From Thermodesulfobacteriota bacterium (lineage in GTDB: Bacteria; Desulfobacterota; Desulfobacteria; Desulfobacterales; SURF-7), in NCBI GenBank assembly GCA_049320885.1, contig JBMORA010000001.1, forward strand, positions 402,622 through 466,621: a stretch of 64,000 nucleotides of DNA, given 5' to 3'. The notes under the pieces are model-generated. The model saw only the letters and a program-made list of their open reading frames with translations, had not been told where the DNA came from and ran no database searches. Shown piece after piece: positions 38,719 through 45,899 of this stretch (positions are counted from its first letter, which is position 1; the number at the start of each line of letters is the position of its first letter). The position numbers and the translations under genes were made by a program.

Positions 38719-41184
38719 TTACCGGTACAGTTCCGCTCCGCTGAGCAACCCGAGGCTCCCGTCACCATAGAGGAAAAGTCCCATGATGCCGTTGCCGTCG
38801 GCGGTGATCCGCACCCAGGGCAGCTCCGGCAAGCGGGTTTCCGGGAAAACCTCGCCGAGGTTGAAAACGGCCTTGGTAAAAGGCGCAACGGTCAAAACCA
38901 CCTCCTCCCCCGGCACCATTTCACCGTTCCGGCCCATGGGAGTCAGGGTCACCGCAACACCCATCGGCCCCGGGTTGTACAGCGCGACTCCGGTCCACCA
39001 ATCGCCGTCCCGGGCGATGTGGGGAATGGCCAGTTGATTCACGCCCTGATCCAGGGCCATGAGTTCAAAAGCCGCGCTGCTGACGGCGGTCTTATAGGTG
39101 AAATAACCGGCGACGGGGGTCTGGGCGGTGATCTGCAGGGCTCCCTGGGCCAGCTCCTCCTCCGTCATCGCCGGAAACAGGTCGACGATGGACCGGGTTG
39201 TTTTTTCATAGGGCATCAACTCCAGCGGAACCGGTTCGCCGCCCTGGCCATTCACCATCCGGCATTCAACGGCATTGACGGCGCCGCCCGGATTGATCAA
39301 GGTCATTTCCGTACGCCAGACGCCGGAAACCGCCACATGGGGAATGATCATCCGGGTATCGGTCCGGGTCAGGGCAAACAGGCTGTCCGGACCGCCGGAA
39401 TCGTTTTTGAGCCAGCGGGAAAAGCCGTCCACGCCGGCAGCGGTGTCCGGGACAGAGGTCTGCACGTCGATCCAGCCGTTTTCAATGGCTTTGTAAAACG
39501 GATTGGCGCTGGGCGAGTACCGCAGGACGGAACCGGCCGGAAGATGGATGCCCGCCTGGCGCTCCGGTATTCCCTGGGCGCTGTACAGCAGGCAATTCAA
39601 CTCCACGGCCTGGGCGAAGCGGTTGACCAGCCCCCAGGTGACGACCTTGCTGGTGGAAAAAAGTCCGGAAGTATCGGGTATCATCCATCGTCCGGCGCCG
39701 GATCCGCCGGGCTGGCCGAAACCGGCCAGGCTTTGCCGGCCGATGCCGTCCAGGGAAATCATCGCCGCCGGGTCGTCGCATAACAGTTTCAGGGCCTTGA
39801 TCGAGGCTTTTTCGTGCAGACGCATGGGCAGGCTTTCCGCCAGCCAGACATCCTTTTGCCGGGGGCCGATTTCGTAAGGCCCCTTGAGGGTGGCCACAGG
39901 CCGGGAGGCGCTGTCATAGGCGACGATCTGGACATCGGTGAGCGGGAGATCGAAGGTATTGGTGATGGCGACCCCGTTCCAGGCCGATCCCTTTTGAAGA
40001 TCGGGAATCCATTGTTCGTTGGCCTTGGACTGGTCGAAAACGATGCGGTAAATTCCCCCTCCGCCGTAGTTGTCGCGGCGGACGTTCAAGCGATAGGGTG
40101 GATTTTCCGCTGCAAGGGTCAGGGTGGCCGTATCATTGAGTTCCGCCTGCCATACCATCCGGCCGGCCGCATCCAGGAGGTCAATCCGGATGCCGTCCTC
40201 CAGGGTATCGATCTTCTCGAACCCAAACGCCAGCCGGTCGCCGGAACCGGCGTTGATGGTATAGGCATCCTCGTTCAGCAATATCAGGTTGTAATTGCCC
40301 GGCGTCAACTGCACGGCTCCCGTGTTTTCCAGAAAATCATCCTTGTGCAGGGAAATGGACCGGATCAGCTCATAGTTGAGAAAGGGATTGGTGGCCTGGG
40401 GCGCCAGCGGATAAAATACCGAGCGGGGCGGGCTCCCGGCGCTGGTGCCGGTCCATTCGCCGCCGGTGATTTCATTCCGGGCGTTGAGATAGAGAAGATA
40501 GGTGTAAATCTTTGTCTTGACCACCGTACCCTGGATATCCGGATGCACGTTGTCGTCGGCGTACCAGATCTGGCAACGCACCTCCTTGCCGGCACTGGTG
40601 TTGGTGAGCTGCATGTCATACTGGAAAATGGGGTAAAACCAGGCTTCCGTGGCCGAACCGAGATTGGCCACAAAGGCCCGGCGGTGAACCTTGATATAGT
40701 TCAACAGCCAGGCGTGAAAAATCTCCGGGTTGTACCGCACCGATTCGCTGATGGTCAGGTCGCTGCCATGGCAGGCGGAGAGCAGGCCTTTTTTGTCCCC
40801 CACCCGGAAAATGATATTATTGTAGGAAGAGGGGTAAAAAACGATGTTTTCATAGGCTGCGGCCGCGGCCCAGGCATGGCATTGGCCGTTCCAGCTTTCC
40901 GCGTCCGGGTCGTAATGGTTGGCCAGTTCCCACTGGGTGGTGGCGCCCGGATAGGTTCCGGTGGTCAGCAGCTCGAACTTCTCGGTGGGCGCCGGATGGC
41001 CGAAATTGGCATAGCCGTTGGCCAGGGCGCCGCTTCTGGTGGACCACCAATAGCCGGACCAGGGCCGAAAATAGGTTTCCGCCGCATCCGTGCCGGCCAG
41101 GGCCTGGAACGGCGGAGCCAACAAAACCGCCCACAACACGGAGGTCATGACAAGGGCGGCTGCATGGAAGGTCTTGGTTTTCAT
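38719..41184 (-). CDS. Secreted protein: N-terminal GP42/elicitor-type transglutaminase-like domain plus four C-terminal beta-rich repeats
   Basis: Signal peptide; PWSGYWW, SWNGQCHAWAAAA, FRVGDKKGLL, NPEIFH, AWFYPIFQY, YTYLL..N...EITGGEW. Confidence 0.78.
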   Translation of the reverse strand: MKTKTFHAAALVMTSVLWAVLLAPPFQALAGTDAAETYFRPWSGYWWSTRSGALANGYANFGHPAPTEKFELLTTGTYPGATTQWELANHYDPDAESWNGQCHAWAAAAAYENIVFYPSSYNNIIFRVGDKKGLLSACHGSDLTISESVRYNPEIFHAWLLNYIKVHRRAFVANLGSATEAWFYPIFQYDMQLTNTSAGKEVRCQIWYADDNVHPDIQGTVVKTKIYTYLLYLNARNEITGGEWTGTSAGSPPRSVFYPLAPQATNPFLNYELIRSISLHKDDFLENTGAVQLTPGNYNLILLNEDAYTINAGSGDRLAFGFEKIDTLEDGIRIDLLDAAGRMVWQAELNDTATLTLAAENPPYRLNVRRDNYGGGGIYRIVFDQSKANEQWIPDLQKGSAWNGVAITNTFDLPLTDVQIVAYDSASRPVATLKGPYEIGPRQKDVWLAESLPMRLHEKASIKALKLLCDDPAAMISLDGIGRQSLAGFGQPGGSGAGRWMIPDTSGLFSTSKVVTWGLVNRFAQAVELNCLLYSAQGIPERQAGIHLPAGSVLRYSPSANPFYKAIENGWIDVQTSVPDTAAGVDGFSRWLKNDSGGPDSLFALTRTDTRMIIPHVAVSGVWRTEMTLINPGGAVNAVECRMVNGQGGEPVPLELMPYEKTTRSIVDLFPAMTEEELAQGALQITAQTPVAGYFTYKTAVSSAAFELMALDQGVNQLAIPHIARDGDWWTGVALYNPGPMGVAVTLTPMGRNGEMVPGEEVVLTVAPFTKAVFNLGEVFPETRLPELPWVRITADGNGIMGLFLYGDGSLGLLSGAELYR

Positions 41185-41207
41185 GGGTAAGAAAATCGTT
41201 TCGGAGA

Positions 41208-41855
41208 TCAATGGGTTTCCCGCCAGGATCGACGATCGCCGGTGTCTTCGTAGAGCCACCACCGGTCGCCCTCGGCCCATAGCTGACGGACGCGGATGGA
41301 TTTTCCATAATGAACGGAAACCAGTTTCAGGACACGGCCCGTGTGGACATGGGCCTGGTCCGGCGGAATCATTTCCCGGGCCACGGCTTCCGCCAGGGTG
41401 ATGGGGCGGGTCTCTTTGTCGAGGTGATAGGCAAACCCGGTGTCGCCGACCAGTTTGCGACTGACGGCTTGGGTCTGGCCGCTGTCTCCGGGGTTCAGAT
41501 CGTCCAGGGGAAACGGATAGCCCCAGGAAAGGGTGATGGTTTCTTCCGCCCGGGTGTCATGGGTGTAGATGCCGGACAGCCGGTCTTCGATTCTCATCAG
41601 GCGGCCGGTAGCCGCATATTGGAGCATCAGGTCGGGCTGGGCCTGATCGTTGCGGAAAACGGCGTAGGAACCGGATTCCCGGGGAACAAGGCGCCATTTG
41701 ATTTCATTGTCCCAGGCCTGGGTAACGGGATTGAGGTAGCGGCTGCGGATGACGATCCCGGCCGGCTCCGCCGGAGCCGTGGCCGCGAACAGTGCAGCGA
41801 GTGCCGATGTCACGGCGAAAACGATGCTAATGATCTTAAATGGTTTCATTTTCAC
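41208..41855 (-). CDS. Secreted hypothetical protein
   Basis: 215-aa ORF with a signal peptide, colinear within the operon. Confidence 0.7.
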   Translation of the reverse strand: MKMKPFKIISIVFAVTSALAALFAATAPAEPAGIVIRSRYLNPVTQAWDNEIKWRLVPRESGSYAVFRNDQAQPDLMLQYAATGRLMRIEDRLSGIYTHDTRAEETITLSWGYPFPLDDLNPGDSGQTQAVSRKLVGDTGFAYHLDKETRPITLAEAVAREMIPPDQAHVHTGRVLKLVSVHYGKSIRVRQLWAEGDRWWLYEDTGDRRSWRETH

Positions 41856-41879
41856 AATTCAAAACCTGCCGCCCAAAAT

Positions 41880-41916
41880 AAGATGAAGAAGGAATCAGGG
41901 ATTCCTTCTTCATCTT
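41880..41916 (-). terminator. Perfect 17-bp hairpin downstream of the S-layer-like gene
   Basis: AAGATGAAGAAGGAATC-agg-GATTCCTTCTTCATCTT, followed by ATTTT on the - strand. Confidence 0.75.
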
Positions 41917-41973
41917 TACAGCTGCTGTTTCAAGCGCCCGCGTTCAAGCCGGACGTTTCAAACAGGTTGGTGG

Positions 41974-43812
41974 TTAGTTGTTCCACTGGCTGGCGTTGGT
42001 GTAGGCCGTGTAACCGGTGCTGTCGGACCCGTTGCCGGTCATGCCGAAACCGCCGGCGCTGGCGAACTGGGTCACCACCACGATGTGGCAGGACGAGTCG
42101 CCCAAGGTGCCGGTGCCGGCAGTCTGGGTCAGGTTGGCCAGCAGCGTGGAAGCGCCGTATACCGCCAGTCCGCCCGCCGCGATGGAAGGCGTGGTGTAGG
42201 TGCCGACGTCGCCGTCAGACTCGTATACCGTCACCGCGGCGGTGCCGGCGGCTGAAGACGGGTTGCCGATGGTCATGCCATACCACCATCCTTGGGAACC
42301 ATCCAGCGCAACCGCATAGGGATAGTACAGGGTGGTGGTGGGTACGGAAGCCGCACAGGTATCGACGAATTCGGCGATGATGCGGTCGTCGGTGAAAATC
42401 AGGCCGCAGGGCAGTCTGTACAGTTCCACGGTGACGGTGACCTGGTCGCCGTTGTCGAACTGGGCCGGGTCATAGACGACCAGCGGGACATCCACGCGGA
42501 TCACGTTATCGGTGTCGATGCCGGTGAAGGCAGCAGCGGTGGTGAATTCCACCACGCGTTCGCCTGCGGGAATGGCCTGGCAGTCAGCACCGCTGGCATA
42601 GCCGGTAACCGCAACGCCGGTTTCCGTGGCCGGGGTGCCCAGGGCCACAACCGCCGTGCCGGGATCCGAGCAGGGATCTTCGCTCGGCAGGAAGGAAGCA
42701 GCGGTCGGAGCAGCGGCAAAATAAGCGCCGTCGCCGGAGATCGTCAACGTCAAACGGTATTCGTCGTTCGGGTTGAAGAAGGTGCCGCTCTGGTTTTCGA
42801 TCAGCAGGGTGTTGCCGCCGAAGGTGGTGGAGGTGCAGTAGGAAGCTGCCGTCTCATAGTTGAAGGTACAGGAAGAGCTCTGGCCGCCGGCCGGTTCCAC
42901 ATAACCGTACAGATCACCCTTGCAGGCGTCCAGAACGATGGTGGTGGCCGCGATCAGATGGGCAACCTGGGGGTTGGAGGGGTTGAAGGTCAGGAAGTTG
43001 TTGCCATCCACACCGCCGGAGTTGATGCTCACGTTGATGGTGGTGCCGCTGTACTGGGCGCTGTTCACCGTCACGCAGATGTTGTTGTCCCAGTCGGCGT
43101 TGTACTGCAGCACGTCCGCGGCAGCGCCGGGACCGGCAATGCCGTCGCCGTAGATGCCGTCGCCGTCATAGTCCTTGACCGCCAGCTGGGCGCCGTTGGT
43201 GGGCACGGTGACGCCGTCATGGGGGTTGTTGTCGAACAGTTTGATCTGGAACTCGGTGCCGGGCTCGACGGTGAGGGAAGAAGAACCGTCATAGTTGGCG
43301 GCATTGTTGATGCCCAGGGCGTTGTCTTCGTCGTAGACATCGATGCGGATCCGGCTGGAGCCGCTGGTGCCGCGCACGCGGAAAACGATTTCCTGACCGG
43401 CTACGGTGATGCCGGCGTTGGTGCCGTCACCCACGGTGCCGACATCCTTGATGGCCCACAGGTAATTGTCAACCACCGCGCCGGTGTCGCCGATATCGGT
43501 GGTGGCGAAGCCGGAGTTGCCGGCGGGCAGGGGCACGGTGTCGGCGCCCAAGGCCGCGCCCAGGACCAGGAAGTCAAAAGACTGGCAGAGGGTGACGCCC
43601 AGGGGCATGTCCATGGTGACCCAGTCGCCGTCACGCAGCACGGTGCCGCCGTCGAAAATCAGGGTGACGTTACCGGTTTTTTCACAGGCATTCGCCGCAG
43701 CGGTGATGCCTTCCGAGTTGGTTTTCACTTCGACCTGTTGCGCGGCCATCGCGGACATGGTGATTCCCATGACCAGCATCAACGCCGCCATGACTACAGT
43801 AAATTTTCTCAT
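41974..43812 (-). CDS. Probable S-layer / major surface protein
   Basis: GGAGGA RBS; Sec signal peptide; very acidic, T/G/A/V/D-rich, few K/R; strongly C-ending codons; DYDGDG Ca-binding-like loop; no C-terminal TM anchor; followed by strong hairpins. Confidence 0.65.
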   Translation of the reverse strand: MRKFTVVMAALMLVMGITMSAMAAQQVEVKTNSEGITAAANACEKTGNVTLIFDGGTVLRDGDWVTMDMPLGVTLCQSFDFLVLGAALGADTVPLPAGNSGFATTDIGDTGAVVDNYLWAIKDVGTVGDGTNAGITVAGQEIVFRVRGTSGSSRIRIDVYDEDNALGINNAANYDGSSSLTVEPGTEFQIKLFDNNPHDGVTVPTNGAQLAVKDYDGDGIYGDGIAGPGAAADVLQYNADWDNNICVTVNSAQYSGTTINVSINSGGVDGNNFLTFNPSNPQVAHLIAATTIVLDACKGDLYGYVEPAGGQSSSCTFNYETAASYCTSTTFGGNTLLIENQSGTFFNPNDEYRLTLTISGDGAYFAAAPTAASFLPSEDPCSDPGTAVVALGTPATETGVAVTGYASGADCQAIPAGERVVEFTTAAAFTGIDTDNVIRVDVPLVVYDPAQFDNGDQVTVTVELYRLPCGLIFTDDRIIAEFVDTCAASVPTTTLYYPYAVALDGSQGWWYGMTIGNPSSAAGTAAVTVYESDGDVGTYTTPSIAAGGLAVYGASTLLANLTQTAGTGTLGDSSCHIVVVTQFASAGGFGMTGNGSDSTGYTAYTNASQWNN

Positions 43813-44024
43813 TGTTCCTCCATTGATTGTGGGTTTGCTTGTTTCATTCCAAATTCCACTTTGGATCGGACTGTCTCCGGCCCGGGCCGCAGCCCGCCCG
43901 ATCCCCTGCATGCGAGATTCCGCGCCATCACCTCCTTTTCAATTTCAGAAACCGGCCGCCGGCGGTTTTTCCACGATCCACACCAAGGCATCCGCCCGGC
44001 CCATTATGGTGAAAGTTATCATGA

Positions 44025-44051
44025 AACCGCGCCTGGTGTGCCGGCGCGGTT
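44025..44051 (-). terminator. Hairpin downstream of the CAP-domain gene
   Basis: AACCGCGCC ... GGCGCGGTT inverted repeat with only a short U tail. Confidence 0.4.
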
Positions 44052-44095
44052 CCTGAACCGTATTACAGAAAAATCAGATAGTCTTATTTGTTTTA

Positions 44096-45547
44096 TCAGT
44101 TGTCCGTGGAAACCGGTAAACCGATTTTCCAGGCGTTCCAAACGCTGCCTGCTCCCCCATCCGTCCAATTCTCGTTGTTCAGCACCCCCGGCCAGATCAC
44201 CAGCCGCGTGCCTCCCGGATCCAGCGGCAGTTCCAGCCCGCCGACCGCATCCGTGGCCAGCTCCAGCTTGACATTGGGATAATCGACAAACAGCGGCAAT
44301 CCCGGGATTCCTTCGCCCGGATCGAACAGGTTGTTGCCGTTTCCATCCGCGTAGGCCACGCCCATGACCCGTGATGTCCCGGCCGCCGCCGGCGTCGCGA
44401 AGACAACCGTCACCAGATACAGATGGCGGAATTCCTCCCCCTCCCGCGGTGCCACCGGGCGCAAGCCGATGCCCATTTCCGTCAGGGCCGGATGGAACAA
44501 CTGCCGGGCCTCGCTCCCGCTTTCGCTGAAGGCCCGAAACAGCAATTGCTCGAACACCGCCTCACTCACCTCCGCCAGGGGCGTTTCCGGTTCCAGGGCG
44601 AGGATATCGATGATCTGGGCGAACTCCCGCGGTTCATACCCGGCTGCCTTCAGCCTGTCCGGAGTCGACCGGCCGTCATATCCGTTGGGATCGAAATACC
44701 GGTGAGCCGCCATTTCCTCGGTGTGGGCCTGCGCGGCCCAGCCCAAGGTTTCATCGGCGGACAATGCCTGCATGCCGCTGGTCAGCGCGGCGCGCCATTC
44801 GGGTCGGGTTGTCAGAATGGTTTCCGGATTCAAGCCCATCGCGGCAGCCACCTCTACCGGTTTGGTTCTTGCCTGGTTGATCAGATGCGCCAGAATTGTC
44901 TCCGCTTCCTGCAGGGAGCCGACCTGCGATGCACCTGAAACGCCAAAATCGCATACGGCAAGATACACATTGTAGGCAGTTTTCCCAATCGTCAATGATC
45001 CGGTCTGGACGCCGATACCGATATGGGTAAAATGGGGGTTGAGCAACTTACGCTCCACGTCGGCGCCGGTTTGCAGCTCATCTAAAAACATGTTTTTAAA
45101 CAAAATGTCAACTGCTTTTTGCGGTTCGATGAAATTTTTGAAGGCCACCAGCCCCAGGCTTTCACCGGTCATAAGCGGCATAAACCCCTGAAACCGTATT
45201 CGATCCTCATGGGTTAAGCCGTCCGGGGAAACGGTGCTGTAATAATTCCGGGCCAGCATATCCCCGGTATGTTCGCGGGCCGCCGCCGAAAGCGATTCCT
45301 GCGCCTGCAGGGGCATGAGCCCGCTGTTCAGGATATCACCGAATTCCGGCAGGGCTGCGAGCAGCGCCTTCGGGTCTTTCCCCAGGGAGGCCGCCGTCGC
45401 CAACGGATTGGAGCGGGCCGCATTGATCCGGTTCATCAGCATGGCTTCCATATTCCTGGACTGATCATATGGTTCATCCGCCCGGGCCACGCCCGCCACC
45501 GGCAAGGCAAACAGAAAAAGCAATATGAAGCGGAGGCAATATGTCAT
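44096..45547 (-). CDS. Secreted protein with two CAP (SCP) domains and a C-terminal SdrD-B-like module
   Basis: Two INxAR...L..AA..H..M....YF...DG...DR...G...GIG units; VMGVAYADGNGNNLFDPGEGIPG. Confidence 0.82.
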   Translation of the reverse strand: MTYCLRFILLFLFALPVAGVARADEPYDQSRNMEAMLMNRINAARSNPLATAASLGKDPKALLAALPEFGDILNSGLMPLQAQESLSAAAREHTGDMLARNYYSTVSPDGLTHEDRIRFQGFMPLMTGESLGLVAFKNFIEPQKAVDILFKNMFLDELQTGADVERKLLNPHFTHIGIGVQTGSLTIGKTAYNVYLAVCDFGVSGASQVGSLQEAETILAHLINQARTKPVEVAAAMGLNPETILTTRPEWRAALTSGMQALSADETLGWAAQAHTEEMAAHRYFDPNGYDGRSTPDRLKAAGYEPREFAQIIDILALEPETPLAEVSEAVFEQLLFRAFSESGSEARQLFHPALTEMGIGLRPVAPREGEEFRHLYLVTVVFATPAAAGTSRVMGVAYADGNGNNLFDPGEGIPGLPLFVDYPNVKLELATDAVGGLELPLDPGGTRLVIWPGVLNNENWTDGGAGSVWNAWKIGLPVSTDN

Positions 45548-45562
45548 GGCGCACCTGGCTTA

Positions 45563-45578
45563 TGCAACGAAAATGCCA
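45563..45578 (-). promoter_or_regulatory. sigma54 (-24/-12) promoter
   Basis: TGGCATTTTCGTTGCA, i.e. GG-N10-GC with TTGCA; AT-rich tract upstream (about 45628-45660); NtrC-type activator encoded nearby. Confidence 0.65.
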
Positions 45579-45820
45579 TCCATTCCCGACGCGGTTACCC
45601 TCCTCCGATCCGATCGTTCATTTGCTGGATAACAATCCGTTTTTATATTATATATTCGTTCAGAAAAAACTGCGCTGATGGGTCCCACCCCCCTGTTTGC
45701 CCAGCGGTGCGGTTGCTTGCCGCCGTTTCGATTGGCTAGATTTAGCCAGCCATGGCTGATTTCGACCAGCTTCCCGCCGGCGACATTCACTTTCCGTTTC
45801 GCTCTATCCGAACCGCCCAT

Positions 45821-45884
45821 CTGGATGCCGGATCAAGTCCGGCATGACGAAAACCGAGATACCCGACTTTTTACAATTCCATCA
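45821..45884. repeat. REP/MITE-like palindromic element half
   Basis: CTGGATGCCGGATCAAGTCCGGCATGACG (ATGCCGGA/TCCGGCAT stem) followed by GACTTTTTACAATTCCATCA. Confidence 0.6.
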
Positions 45885-45899
45885 ATATTGAATTATTTT

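Noticed and set aside
41974..42100. PEP-CTERM/exosortase-type anchor on the surface protein
   Set aside because: No PEP motif, TM helix or basic tail at the C-terminus, and no exosortase gene in the window.
43911..43927. Possible sigma54 promoter TGGCGCGGAATCTCGCA upstream of the S-layer gene
   Set aside because: The GG-to-GC spacing is 11 nt, not the required 10.
44029..44044. GG-N10-GC match (CGGCACACCAGGCGC) on the - strand
   Set aside because: It lacks TTGC and lies inside a hairpin better explained as a terminator.
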